Shown: positions 49,008-59,029, numbered from the stretch's first letter. The stretch: DNA of 64,000 nt from Hadesarchaea archaeon (GCA_029259185.1 JAPDJF010000003.1:32001-96000); one strand, 5' to 3'. Notes: generated by a model from the letters alone, not told the origin. Numbers and translations are program-made.

Positions 49008-49600
49008 CACTTTCCACGGCTAGAGTCGAGAGATTCTGCAAGACTTCATCCTACCCAGTTTGGGCTGTATCAATCCCCTACCTTGGACATATAGCCCAAG
49101 GCTCGTTGTGAACTACCCCAGCTCTCGCAGGGGGCTCCCTGCTTCATCCACCAGACTCGATCCCCTTCACAGGTGCGGTCATCCGCTTTCAGCCTTGCGG
49201 ACCTGCGGGAGGTTACGGAGGTCTTGACCTCACAGCCGTTCGCTCGGGCCGTCCCACCCCTGCTCGAGAGAGAGTTTTATCACCAACTATAGCGTTCCGC
49301 CTCTCATCCCCTCCCTTTCGGAAGGGACTTCCCGGTGGTGGAGTTAAAATATAGCTCCGTTATTAGTCTGCATTCAGTTTTACATTTTAGACAAACAAAC
49401 TTCCCGTCGTGTCTCAAACCTTGAGAACCAGCGAGAGCATAACTTGGATGTGCCAGCTTCATTGACTTTTACGACTGGTATTCCTTCCCATAATGCTTTG
49501 TACGCGATGAATTTAGACAGTCGATAGTATGGAAATGAGTTAATACTGATCACCTCCAACCCTATGCCTTTCGGGATATCCAGAGCAGAGTTCCGCATGC
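49004..49600 (-). pseudogene. tnpB: 3' remnant of a second tnpB element with its right end, interrupted by element H
   Basis: FIAYKALWEGIPVVKVNEAGTSKLC, degenerate CxxC/NAD region, ILK|RALGYM; right end GAATCTCTCGACTCTAGCCGTGGAAAGTGTCAA. Confidence 0.85.
49108..49343 (-). mobile_element. Non-autonomous derivative H (ORF-less), nested
   Basis: TTTAA|CTCCACCACCGGGAAGTCCC...GGGGTAGTTCAC; removal restores the tnpB reading ATT TTA AAA CGA GCC. Confidence 0.9.
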
Positions 49601-49639
49601 TGTCTAAATAAATACCTTGAACGTAAGAGAAGAGTTACG

Positions 49640-50416
49640 ATGAGTGAAAAAACTGTGTTGGCGGTTTCCGGCAAAGGGGGGGTTGGGAAGAGCACGATCA
49701 CGGCGCTTACCGTTCGGATCCTCTCGGAGAGAAAAAGTGGGAGCATTTTGGCCGTGGATGCGAACCCCGATTCGAACCTTCCGGAATTGCTTGGGATCCA
49801 AGTTCAAAAAACCGTTGGGGACGTGACGGAGGAAATGAAAAGGGACATAGAGAGGGGAAAAATCCCACCTACCATAACGAAGAAGGATTTGCTGGAATAT
49901 CAGGTGATTAAAGTTCTGCGAGAGACCCCAAATTTCGACTTGCTCGTGATGGGGAGGGGTGAGGGAGAAGGTTGTTATTGTATGGTTAACAAACTCTTGA
50001 CCGATATCATCGATACGCTCAGTAAGAACTACGACATCACCGTGATGGATGAAGATGCCGGTCTGGAACACCTGAGCAGGAGGACCGATCGAGATGTCGA
50101 CATTATGATGATAGTCACCGATCCCAGCTCCATGGGGTTCCGGACGGCTAGGAAAATAAAGGAAGTCGCCGAGGAAGTTCACCTCCAGTTCAGGAAAACA
50201 TATTTGATTGGTAATCGCTTTCCGCCCGAGAAGGAGTTCATGGTGAGGGAACAAGCGAGGAGAATAGGAGTGGAATTTGGAGGAGTGGTGCCCTTAGATG
50301 AGAAAGTTTTCGAGTTCAACTTGGAGGGAAAACCGATCACCCAGCTTCCGTCCAACAGTCCAGCTTTCGGTGCGGTGGAGGAGATCCTGAAGAGAATAGG
50401 ACTCCTTCCGGCTTAA
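49640..50416 (+). CDS. cooC: CooC/AcsF Ni-insertion ATPase
   Basis: GKGGVGKS, GEGCYC, DEDAGLEHLSRR. Confidence 0.93.
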   Translation: MSEKTVLAVSGKGGVGKSTITALTVRILSERKSGSILAVDANPDSNLPELLGIQVQKTVGDVTEEMKRDIERGKIPPTITKKDLLEYQVIKVLRETPNFDLLVMGRGEGEGCYCMVNKLLTDIIDTLSKNYDITVMDEDAGLEHLSRRTDRDVDIMMIVTDPSSMGFRTARKIKEVAEEVHLQFRKTYLIGNRFPPEKEFMVREQARRIGVEFGGVVPLDEKVFEFNLEGKPITQLPSNSPAFGAVEEILKRIGLLPA

Positions 50417-50429
50417 AAGGGGAAACAAT

Positions 50430-51017
50430 ATGGACATGGCAATCTTAGTCTTGGCGGGTGGTGGGAGCAAGAGATTCGGGGAGGACAAAGCGCTCTTCAG
50501 GTTGAATGGGAAGCCGTTGATCCAACATGTGGTCGAGAGGATATCTGGACTCTCGGAGGAGTTGGTGATTTCATGTAAGCGAAAGAAAGAAGTTTTCGAA
50601 AAAATGTTTCCTCGGGCAAAAGTAATTGAGGATGAATGGGATGAAGAGAGCGCACTAGCGGGTCTTTTGAGTTCGCTCCCTCACATTCGCTCCGAGTACG
50701 TGGCAGTCATCGCATGTGATTCTCCCCGCGTTAGCCCTCGGGTCATTGAGTCTCTGTTCGCATGGGCTAGGACCCATGATGGAGCCGTCCCAATCTGGCC
50801 GAATGGTTATCTGGAACCCCTTCAAGCCGTGTACAGGACTTCTAGTCTGTTCACGGTGGCGGAGGACAAGTGGGTGAGGAGGGAGAGGAGATTAAAGAAC
50901 TTGTTGGATTCCATGGAAGATATCATATACGTGCCGATTACCGAACTGAAGAGGGTGGATCCGAAACTAGATTCTTTCCTCAACATCAATTCTCCCAACG
51001 ACCTAAAACTCATCTAG
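50430..51017 (+). CDS. mobA: Molybdenum cofactor guanylyltransferase
   Basis: LAGGGSKRFGEDKA, ACDSP, EPLQAVY, NINSP. Confidence 0.93.
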   Translation: MDMAILVLAGGGSKRFGEDKALFRLNGKPLIQHVVERISGLSEELVISCKRKKEVFEKMFPRAKVIEDEWDEESALAGLLSSLPHIRSEYVAVIACDSPRVSPRVIESLFAWARTHDGAVPIWPNGYLEPLQAVYRTSSLFTVAEDKWVRRERRLKNLLDSMEDIIYVPITELKRVDPKLDSFLNINSPNDLKLI

Positions 51018-52128
51018 ACAATAACTCCCGCACACACTCCTTGAGATCTCTCAGAAAGGATCGAATGTGGGATGGGGAGTGGTGGGGCATGATCACTAGT
51101 CTTATTCCAGCAGGCAGCTCAGTTCTAGAAACGATCCATCCCCTTCGCTCAAGTGCTTTCTCAATCGATTGGATTTTCAGCACCTCCGACTTGAAAGCCA
51201 CAATGTTAAGTTCGGGTTTCGTGATTAGATCCAAGGTTTCTATTCTCTGGATCCCCCTCGCTAGCTTTTTTGTGAGTTCCAAGCATCTCTCGATTGCCTT
51301 CTTTCTCTTCTCAAGTAATTTGAAGGCCACCCATGTAGCAGCTACTGATGCTCCCGGTCTAGTACCGAGCAGCGTTTGAGTTTTCGTGCCTAAGTAGGCC
51401 ACATTCCTCTCCAGTACCCTCAGCCATCTCTTCCTCCGAAAAAGCAGGAGGCCTGCGGGGATTGGCACCATCCCCATCTTATGGGGGTCTGCTGCTATGG
51501 AGGAAACTTGCGGTAAGGTGAAATCCCATTTCTTGGGATAGTTCATGAGGGGGAGCACGAAGCCCCCGAATGAGGCATCTACGTGAAAAAAGCACTTCCG
51601 GTCTCCCGCAATTCCTGCCATCTCTTCGATGGGATCCACCAAACCGAGCGAAGTTGTTCCGGCCGTACCCACGATGGCTGCGGTTTTCGGGCCCATCTTC
51701 TCCTTCATTGCTTCCACATCCGCTCGATGATCCTCTCCAAGAGGCGTTGGTATGAATTTGAGCCCTAGCAAGGCACAAGCCTTTTCAACCGAATAGTGAA
51801 CCGAGACGGGTGCGAGAACCTCTTTTTTACCGCTTAGCTCCCTAGCTATCCAAAGGGCCACGATGTTGCTTTCCGTTCCCCCCGAGGTGATGTATCCCGT
51901 AGCATTCGGATTGGAAAAGAGTTTCCCGGCTTCCGCCACAGCTTCCCTCTCGAGCTCCTTGACGCTGGGAAAAATTTTGGGATCGAGGGCATTCGTTTCC
52001 ATGAAATCTATGTACGCTTTGAGTGTCTCTCTGAGGGGAACGGTACACATGGAGGAAAAAATGCGACCCGACTCGTACTGAAAATCTTTAGCTCTCTTCT
52101 CTCGCAGGATTTTGAGCGGATCTTCCAC
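51010..52128 (-). CDS. mfnA: Tyrosine/aspartate decarboxylase (methanofuran/CoA synthesis)
   Basis: SSMCT, SGGTESN, HVDASFGG, DPHKMG, GTRPG. Confidence 0.92.
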   Translation of the reverse strand: MEDPLKILREKRAKDFQYESGRIFSSMCTVPLRETLKAYIDFMETNALDPKIFPSVKELEREAVAEAGKLFSNPNATGYITSGGTESNIVALWIARELSGKKEVLAPVSVHYSVEKACALLGLKFIPTPLGEDHRADVEAMKEKMGPKTAAIVGTAGTTSLGLVDPIEEMAGIAGDRKCFFHVDASFGGFVLPLMNYPKKWDFTLPQVSSIAADPHKMGMVPIPAGLLLFRRKRWLRVLERNVAYLGTKTQTLLGTRPGASVAATWVAFKLLEKRKKAIERCLELTKKLARGIQRIETLDLITKPELNIVAFKSEVLKIQSIEKALERRGWIVSRTELPAGIRLVIMPHHSPSHIRSFLRDLKECVRELLSR

Positions 52129-53005
52129 GGCTCTCGACCCGTTTAGACTTCAGGATGTGGTCCAATATCACAGCCGCGATTCTCTCTTTCCTTACCGTTT
52201 GAAGTCCCTTCCATCCGGGAATTGCGTTGACCTCGACCACATACGGTTTCCCCCCTTCGTCTCTTATTATGTCCACGCCTGCGTACTCACATCCTAGAAT
52301 CTTCGCAGACTTGAGGGCGAGTTTTTCGATTTCCCTTTCAGGTTCATAGGGTTCTGCTTTTCCCCCGATTGAAACGTTGGTTTTCCATCCCTCAGCGATC
52401 CTTTTCATCGCCATTATTTTTTCGCCCACCACAAGTACCCTTATGTCCCACCCTCCGTGGGGGATGAATTTCTGAACGTAATAAACGAATCTTCCGAATT
52501 CGAAGATCGAAAAGGTACGGTATGCTAGGTCCCTATCGTTTATCTTCAACATCCCAGCTCCCAGTGAACCGAAAAGTGGTTTGACCACTACCTCCCCATA
52601 ACGTTCGAAAGCTTTTTTCGCTTCACCTCGCTTCTCGGTGACCACGGTGGGGGGGACAGGAATACCTGCGTCTTCGAGTAATGAGTTCGTGTAAAACTTG
52701 TCCGCACACCTCTCTATCACCGAAGCTGGATTCACCACCTTCACACCCAAATTCTCCAAGCGATGGAGAACGTCCATTCTGAACACCAACTGCTCAGCAG
52801 AGCCCTTTGGGACCCACCTCACCAATAGGATGTCGAATTCCTCAAGATCCATCCCACGACAGGAGACCTTCGGCTTCTCTGCGAGTTTCACGACTAATTC
52901 GTTGAGCGGAAATTCGTGGCACTCTATCCCTCTCTTTTGGGCCTCCTTTCTGAGTTCTTGGACATTCCAGTCCTTCCTTCCAGAGGTGAATATCCCAACT
53001 CTCAA
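52088..53005 (-). CDS. RimK-family ATP-grasp ligase (MptN/Orf5-like)
   Basis: EQLVFRMDVLHRLE, KPLFGSLG, EVNAIPGWKGLQ; follows mch. Confidence 0.85.
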   Translation of the reverse strand: MRVGIFTSGRKDWNVQELRKEAQKRGIECHEFPLNELVVKLAEKPKVSCRGMDLEEFDILLVRWVPKGSAEQLVFRMDVLHRLENLGVKVVNPASVIERCADKFYTNSLLEDAGIPVPPTVVTEKRGEAKKAFERYGEVVVKPLFGSLGAGMLKINDRDLAYRTFSIFEFGRFVYYVQKFIPHGGWDIRVLVVGEKIMAMKRIAEGWKTNVSIGGKAEPYEPEREIEKLALKSAKILGCEYAGVDIIRDEGGKPYVVEVNAIPGWKGLQTVRKERIAAVILDHILKSKRVESRGRSAQNPAREES

Positions 53006-53057
53006 ATGCTCACCTTTTTCGGTCCTAGCCTGTATAGTTTCTTGGAGGAGAGAACCT

Positions 53058-53993
53058 CTACACCCCTATCGACTTGGCCAGTACTTCTTCGTTCAGTCCC
53101 CCTGCGTGGAAGACCCTTCCGGTCTTGACGTTACTCACAGTTATTTCGGCTGGAGAGAATAACTTCGGGTCTATTTTGAAGAAGTCCTTGTCGTATCGCT
53201 CGAATAGTTCTAAGAATGGTGAACCGTAGTCTTTAGACGAACAAGAGGGCACATCTTGGATTATCTTTTCTATCTCTGAGTCCTCAGCATCGACGAAGTA
53301 CATTGTACGTCCGCCGTATAGCACGCAATCATTGGTTTTCCCCATCGCTTCGAGATCATTCTTGGCAACGGGTGCGATCGGTGCGCTCCCGCTCCCGCTC
53401 AGTATCCTAGAGATGTCGAAGCCAACCTCGTGGAGCTTGTGAACTCCAGTCTCCACTATCCTAGCCGAGATCTGGATGCTACCCACCACACTGGCAGTAG
53501 GGGCAACCAGGAGGGTTAGGTTTTCCGGCTTCACTCCACACTTCTCGGCGATGTAATTTGCGACTTTTTCGTCCGGCAACTTCCGAGTTTCTAACGTTAG
53601 CACGGCTTTCTCGCTCCGATCCTCGTACCCAAGTTCCTCAAAGAGTTTCTTCTCAACTCTCGCCAAGGCTCTCGCAGGACCGGAACCCATGGCGAAATAT
53701 TTATCCACCTTGATGGCCCATCCAGCGAACTGGGATGCCATGCAAGGGATCAGAGGATAGTCGACGTTGACATGGACTTTTAATCTTTCCTCCATCGAGA
53801 GGGTTACGGTTCCAAAACCTCCCAAACAGACCTTTGAGAAGTATATGCCAGCCTCCAGGCTCCCAGGCACGTTGATCCCAGCATCCACCACAGTGGCCCC
53901 ATTCGGGAGTTTTAGAACCCTGATCCTGAGTTCTTCGGATCTTTCGATCATCTCCTCGATTATCCGTTGGGCTTTCTGGTTCACGCTTATCAA
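53058..53993 (-). CDS. mch: Methenyl-H4MPT cyclohydrolase
   Basis: CMASQFAGW, GSGPARAL, ARIVETG, TND.VLYGG, LFSPA. Confidence 0.96.
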   Translation of the reverse strand: MISVNQKAQRIIEEMIERSEELRIRVLKLPNGATVVDAGINVPGSLEAGIYFSKVCLGGFGTVTLSMEERLKVHVNVDYPLIPCMASQFAGWAIKVDKYFAMGSGPARALARVEKKLFEELGYEDRSEKAVLTLETRKLPDEKVANYIAEKCGVKPENLTLLVAPTASVVGSIQISARIVETGVHKLHEVGFDISRILSGSGSAPIAPVAKNDLEAMGKTNDCVLYGGRTMYFVDAEDSEIEKIIQDVPSCSSKDYGSPFLELFERYDKDFFKIDPKLFSPAEITVSNVKTGRVFHAGGLNEEVLAKSIGV

Positions 53994-54805
53994 GATCCCA
54001 CCCACACCAGTATCTCTCCTCTCCCTAAAGAAGCTATATCTCCATCGTACCGCTCGTATGATCCCTCCAAGTATTCCCTCTTTATCGGTAAACCGTATTT
54101 CCGGAGGGAGTTGAGGAGCAACGGAACAAAGGTTGGTCTGTAAACACAACTCCGTTTAAAGGTGGGGAGGAAAGAGGGCCTATCGAAGCTCAGGATCGTT
54201 CCTCTCTCCATCCCAGCTCCCGCTCTCCCCCCAAGCTTTCCGAAACACACGATGGTTCCCCCAGTCATCAGAGCCCCCGTGAATTCACCTAAGCTACCGG
54301 TAACTGCTATCACCCCTCTTCTCATAAGTTCTCCGACCTCTCTTCCCGCATCCCCATTGACGATTATAGTCCCCCCTTTCATACCGACCTTCGACCCCCT
54401 GTATCCTGCCCCGGCGAGATTTCCAACCCTGCCGTGTACTGTTATGAGTCCTCCTTTCATCTCAGCTCCGAGCCAGTCTCCCGCGTTTCCTCGAACAAGT
54501 ATCTCGCCACCGCTCATTTCTCTACCCAAGTGCATCCCTATATCCCCTTCAATTTCAATCCGTCCTTTGCTCATCTGGGCCCCCACGTGCTTTACCCTGC
54601 TCATGTCTCCTTCCATCTTGATCGTTTCACCGTCTCCTTGGCCCTCCTCGATTTCGAAGAGTTCTCCTAGCGGTTTCCGTTTGTTTCCGTAGAGGATCTC
54701 AAGCTTCCTTATTTCATCCATCGATTTATCGGAGAACACATCGGGTGAGATGCATTCCGCCTCGATCGGTACTTTGAATCTAACCTTCGGTCTCAGGATG
54801 ATCAT
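53990..54805 (-). CDS. fwdC: Formylmethanofuran dehydrogenase subunit C
   Basis: EAECISPD and GxxMxxG beta-helix repeats. Confidence 0.95.
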   Translation of the reverse strand: MIILRPKVRFKVPIEAECISPDVFSDKSMDEIRKLEILYGNKRKPLGELFEIEEGQGDGETIKMEGDMSRVKHVGAQMSKGRIEIEGDIGMHLGREMSGGEILVRGNAGDWLGAEMKGGLITVHGRVGNLAGAGYRGSKVGMKGGTIIVNGDAGREVGELMRRGVIAVTGSLGEFTGALMTGGTIVCFGKLGGRAGAGMERGTILSFDRPSFLPTFKRSCVYRPTFVPLLLNSLRKYGLPIKREYLEGSYERYDGDIASLGRGEILVWVGS

Positions 54806-55698
54806 CTCTTCTCACCCAAGATCTTGTGGAGGTGGAAGAGGTATTTACCCAGCTTACCACCGTAATTTCCCGCTGAGATCATTTTTATCCCTTCCACCGA
54901 GCACGCACTCTCTATTCCCACCCTCATTGCATCACTAACGCTTTTTTCGTCCAACCCGTTGATCACTATCTCCAGCACGGAGTTTACCCCTTCCGGTATC
55001 CTCGTTTTCACGAGTGGTCTCAGAGTGGGGCAATACTCGGTGTTCGTGGATGCACTCAAGAATTTATACTTGGAGCCTACCTTGCTCCCGCTCCTTACCA
55101 CACCCCCCGGGAATGGAGTTATCACATTTTCTACCCCCCTTATAGCCTCGACCGCCCGCTCGGCGGCCCTAAGAACACAGTCAACGTTTTCACCTAGGAT
55201 CAGGAAGTTTCCACCGCCTATAGCTTTCCTCATCCTGAATTCCTCCTCCACCAAAAATTCCCCTTCCATCACAGGAATCCTCCAGAACCTTCTTCCATCA
55301 ACCCTCTTCGAGAGCTGGAACCCGTCTCCGAAGAACCTCAACTTCCCTCCTATCTTTACAGTTTTTTCTCCATCCAAGTTATTGAAGCACGCAGTTGTGG
55401 GACAAGTCATTATACATTGCCCGACCCTACGCATGAGTTGATCCGATAGCCCCTTCTCTGACATCCCAAAGATCAGGATATTCACACCCGGTCTTCCATC
55501 TGGGGTTCGATCGGGCTCCACGAGGCTTTCTATCCCAGCCTCCACTCCACAAGCTATCACGGAAGTTGCAAAGCCTGTGGCGGTCGAGGCCGCATGAAGG
55601 GCCCACTTCTCGTCCCTAGCCGTGATAAGTAGTTTCGCGGCTATCATGTCAAACGCCTCTGCAAACGTGTCCTCTATCTCAACCCCGTTCACCTGCAT
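54802..55698 (-). CDS. ftr: Formylmethanofuran:H4MPT formyltransferase
   Basis: IEDTFAEAF, TPDGRPG, GQCIMTCPT, SAGNYGGKLG. Confidence 0.97.
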   Translation of the reverse strand: MQVNGVEIEDTFAEAFDMIAAKLLITARDEKWALHAASTATGFATSVIACGVEAGIESLVEPDRTPDGRPGVNILIFGMSEKGLSDQLMRRVGQCIMTCPTTACFNNLDGEKTVKIGGKLRFFGDGFQLSKRVDGRRFWRIPVMEGEFLVEEEFRMRKAIGGGNFLILGENVDCVLRAAERAVEAIRGVENVITPFPGGVVRSGSKVGSKYKFLSASTNTEYCPTLRPLVKTRIPEGVNSVLEIVINGLDEKSVSDAMRVGIESACSVEGIKMISAGNYGGKLGKYLFHLHKILGEKR

Positions 55699-57359
55699 GG
55701 GACCACCTCGCACCTAGGTAAGTACTCGGGTTGGACCGGATAGTTATCCAGAGAGACCGTGTAGTACTTCGAGAATTCCTCCTTCATTTCGTCCATGAGT
55801 TCGCCTTTTGGATTCACCAGGAATGTCCTCCCCCAGTGCTCCTTGACTATCCTTCCATCTTTCACCACGACTTCTCCGTCCTTGATAACATACTTGGCTC
55901 TCGAAAATGACCCCTCGATGTCATTTTCTTTGAACTCGTAGATCGCGATGTCAGCATCGGCTCCAACTCCCAAATGACCTTTGTTCTTCAACCCGAGAAG
56001 TTTCGCTGGTCCTGCTCTCGTGACAATGGCCATTTCGTAGAGGGAGTACTCCCGCTCTATACTCGGCAAGGTGGAACGCGACAACGCTGATTTATGGATT
56101 TTTCCGAGCGTCTCCTCTCTCGCCTTCTTGCTCATGAGCCATGCGATCACCTTTGGGTAATGATAAAACGGTCCACCGTTCGGGTGATCAGTGGTTAGCA
56201 CCACCCTCCATGGATCCTCCACGAGGAGCGCGACCTCCAGACCGATCATCCACTGGACCGCGTTAACCAGACTTTTCGGCTTGAAGGTGTATGGAACTAT
56301 CCCCGCCCCTACTTCCATTTCGACATCCGAGTTGTACCACTTGTTCCCCGTGAGCTTGTACAACTTATGTTGCCATGGTCCATCAGCGGTCATAGTAGTC
56401 GCATCGTCGAATATGACCTGTCCCAAATCACAAGTGGCATTCTTCTTCTTGTTTAGGGTCTTCGCCACCTCCTCGGCAGCGGAGGATATGGTAGCCCAGT
56501 CTTCTCCCCCGTAGGAGTTGAACTGGATGTGGGTGATGTGGATCCGCTCAGCAGTACCTTTCAAGGTCTCATTGGTGCTCTCCCCGCTTCCTGGACCCCC
56601 CATCTCCGCTCCTATCGAACCAACGGTTTCGATCAAGGTGCTGGAATTGCCCGGCGATCCCAAGTTATTACAGTGGACATGGATTGAGTGGGGCAAACCA
56701 AGTTCTTCGTTCACCTTGGCAAGACTCCTCACTATCTCCCTAGGGGTGACCCCGTAGTTCTCCACCTTGTCATCTAGGCTGTTGACGTTCCTGCCCCATT
56801 TCCAATTCTCTACCCCCCCAGGGTTCACGAGTTTGATCGCGTAGCCTTTTGTAGCTTTCAGCAACCATCCCACGAAGTTTTTGAGTTTTTCCAAATCACC
56901 TTCGGCCACATACTTCATGACGAAGTGATTACTTCCCATGAGGATGAATGCCCCCTTATCCACCATTGGGATGTCATTAAGCTCTTCGTGGGCATGTCTT
57001 GCACCGAGTGGCGGTACTGCGGCTTCCATAACGGTTGTGTAGCCCATTAGGGCATACCTGTAGCCTGTAATGTAGGTTGTGGGCACGGTGTAGCCGACCC
57101 CACTTCGCGTGATCTCGGTTTTCGGAACAGGGTCTTTTCGATGGTCCTCGGGTCTCATCAATCTGCCTAGGTTCACTTTCGATCCCACCACGTGGCTGTG
57201 GATGTCCACTCCTCCCGGGAGGACCACAAACCCTGAGGCGTCTATGGTCTCCCCCCCATCTCCGGACTCAACTATTTTACCATCTTTGACGAAGATATCC
57301 ATCTTTTCTCCCTCGATTCCGTTGAGGGGGTCGTACACCAGGCCGTTCTTTATCAGCAT
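55689..57359 (-). CDS. fwdA: Formylmethanofuran dehydrogenase subunit A
   Basis: GVDIHSH, KLVNPGG, HVHCNNLG, TTDHPNGGP. Confidence 0.96.
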   Translation of the reverse strand: MLIKNGLVYDPLNGIEGEKMDIFVKDGKIVESGDGGETIDASGFVVLPGGVDIHSHVVGSKVNLGRLMRPEDHRKDPVPKTEITRSGVGYTVPTTYITGYRYALMGYTTVMEAAVPPLGARHAHEELNDIPMVDKGAFILMGSNHFVMKYVAEGDLEKLKNFVGWLLKATKGYAIKLVNPGGVENWKWGRNVNSLDDKVENYGVTPREIVRSLAKVNEELGLPHSIHVHCNNLGSPGNSSTLIETVGSIGAEMGGPGSGESTNETLKGTAERIHITHIQFNSYGGEDWATISSAAEEVAKTLNKKKNATCDLGQVIFDDATTMTADGPWQHKLYKLTGNKWYNSDVEMEVGAGIVPYTFKPKSLVNAVQWMIGLEVALLVEDPWRVVLTTDHPNGGPFYHYPKVIAWLMSKKAREETLGKIHKSALSRSTLPSIEREYSLYEMAIVTRAGPAKLLGLKNKGHLGVGADADIAIYEFKENDIEGSFSRAKYVIKDGEVVVKDGRIVKEHWGRTFLVNPKGELMDEMKEEFSKYYTVSLDNYPVQPEYLPRCEVVPCR

Positions 57360-58630
57360 CCTTTCATCCTCCTGAGGATCCCCTCTAATATCTCTCTATC
57401 CGTCGGATAGGGTGAGTCCACAACTTTTCTTAACCTCAGCGGAACCCCATCCATTCGATAAGCGGTTCCCTCACTCTCTATTCCAGCTATCGCACATGGG
57501 ATGACGACCTCCGCGATGAGTGAGGTCAGACTCACCTTCGGGTCTATCACCACAGTGGGGATTTTGGCCAAATGCTGAGATGCGCCGATCGGGAAATGGG
57601 CTACTGGATCGGAGGCGAGAATAAGTGCGGCATCGCACTCCCCTCTGAACAAGAGATCGACAGCAGAGAACTCCCCGGGGTTGTAGTTGGGATACCCTCT
57701 AGAAAAGTTTACCGCAAAGGGATAACCAGTGATCCAAGTCAAGACTTCACCAGCCCCCGCGACGTTAAAGTGTCCCCTCATCGGAGTTATGGTGAACTTT
57801 GTATGGTCGTTCAGGTCTCTCACCAGTCGCAACGCAGCATCTATATTCATGTGTTTTCCGCTCGACATCGTGAGCCCCATCCCGAAGAATATTATGCCAA
57901 ACCTGCAGCCCTTCATCCGCTCGGCCAACTGTTTTATCATCTCCGCTGGTACTCCCGCCACATCGCCAACCTCGTATCCCTTGATCACAGCTCTCAATGC
58001 TGACAGTAGCTCGTAGTCTTTTCCCGGCTCGACCTTCACAAACATATCAGCCATTCTCGAGGTTCGGGTTTCTCTGACATCGACGTGAACTATGAACCTT
58101 TCTTTTTTCCCTCTGACGTACATCCCTTGCGGAGTGACGGAATATCTCACCGAGTGCCTGATGTGAGCTTCTGCTGGGTTGCACCCCCAGAATATCACGA
58201 GGTCAGCTCGGTTCTTAACCTCACCCAAGGTGCATTTAACCGCACCACACCCCTGGGCGGCCACTATGGTGGGACCGTGGCAGGTGGAAGCCGTGGAGTC
58301 TATGCTTCCCCCGATGAACTCTGCGAGTTCGACCGCGAGCCTCTGAGCGTCGCTCTCGGTGGAACTCAAACCATAGATGAGTGGGAACTCTGACTCTTTC
58401 AAGATTTGAGCAGCCTTGTTGATCGCTTCCTCCATCGAGACTTCTATGAGTTTGCCATCTTTCCTCACTTGGGGCTTGGCCCTATCCTTTGAGTGATCCA
58501 AAAACTTCGTTTTTGATATAGGACAGGCATTTTTTGTACTCACCACTTTTCCGTTCTCCACCACCACTTCGAGGTCATCGCAAAGACATCCGCAAAATGG
58601 GCAGACCACGTTTTTGTATACCTCTCCCAT
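57353..58630 (-). CDS. fwdB: Formylmethanofuran dehydrogenase subunit B (Cys ligand)
   Basis: CPFCGCLCDD, STCHGP, TLGEVKNRAD, MRGHFNV. Confidence 0.96.
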   Translation of the reverse strand: MGEVYKNVVCPFCGCLCDDLEVVVENGKVVSTKNACPISKTKFLDHSKDRAKPQVRKDGKLIEVSMEEAINKAAQILKESEFPLIYGLSSTESDAQRLAVELAEFIGGSIDSTASTCHGPTIVAAQGCGAVKCTLGEVKNRADLVIFWGCNPAEAHIRHSVRYSVTPQGMYVRGKKERFIVHVDVRETRTSRMADMFVKVEPGKDYELLSALRAVIKGYEVGDVAGVPAEMIKQLAERMKGCRFGIIFFGMGLTMSSGKHMNIDAALRLVRDLNDHTKFTITPMRGHFNVAGAGEVLTWITGYPFAVNFSRGYPNYNPGEFSAVDLLFRGECDAALILASDPVAHFPIGASQHLAKIPTVVIDPKVSLTSLIAEVVIPCAIAGIESEGTAYRMDGVPLRLRKVVDSPYPTDREILEGILRRMKGC

Positions 58631-59005
58631 CTACCCACCCAGCATTCTCAATATGTCGTCGAGCGTTGTCACCTTCTCTTTCGTTCCCGAAATTTCAGCT
58701 GTTAAGCCCTTCAGCGATGGCATTCCGCTCCCCTCCGTGTTCGGTCCGGTAAGGACATTAGCCCACGGACCCATGGGAACAAAAATCGTCCCCTTCTCCG
58801 TTCCGCCCTTAACACACTTTAGTACCGTCGATCCGAAGTCAGTCTCAATCCTTACCGCGTCACCCTCATCGATCCCGAGTTCCTTCATGTCGTCGGGGTG
58901 GATGAACGCTACGGCAACCTTTTCAAAGTACTCTGAGGAAGTTTTGCCCCTTTCCATGCTCACGCCTTGATCCACGGTTCTACCTGTGTTGAGAAGGAGC
59001 CTCAA
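58631..59005 (-). CDS. fwdD: Formylmethanofuran dehydrogenase subunit D
   Basis: TGRTVDQG, PMGPWAN, GMPSLKG. Confidence 0.95.
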   Translation of the reverse strand: MRLLLNTGRTVDQGVSMERGKTSSEYFEKVAVAFIHPDDMKELGIDEGDAVRIETDFGSTVLKCVKGGTEKGTIFVPMGPWANVLTGPNTEGSGMPSLKGLTAEISGTKEKVTTLDDILRMLGG

Positions 59006-59029
59006 ATGAACCTCTCTTTTTTCTAACGC

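Noticed and set aside
18424-49343. Repeats as a CRISPR array or REP elements
   Set aside because: Dispersed rather than tandem, no cas genes, and the ends are IS200/IS605-like
36510-58630. Selenocysteine or pyrrolysine recoding in fdhA, fwdB or neighbours
   Set aside because: Cys codons at the ligand positions and no in-frame stops
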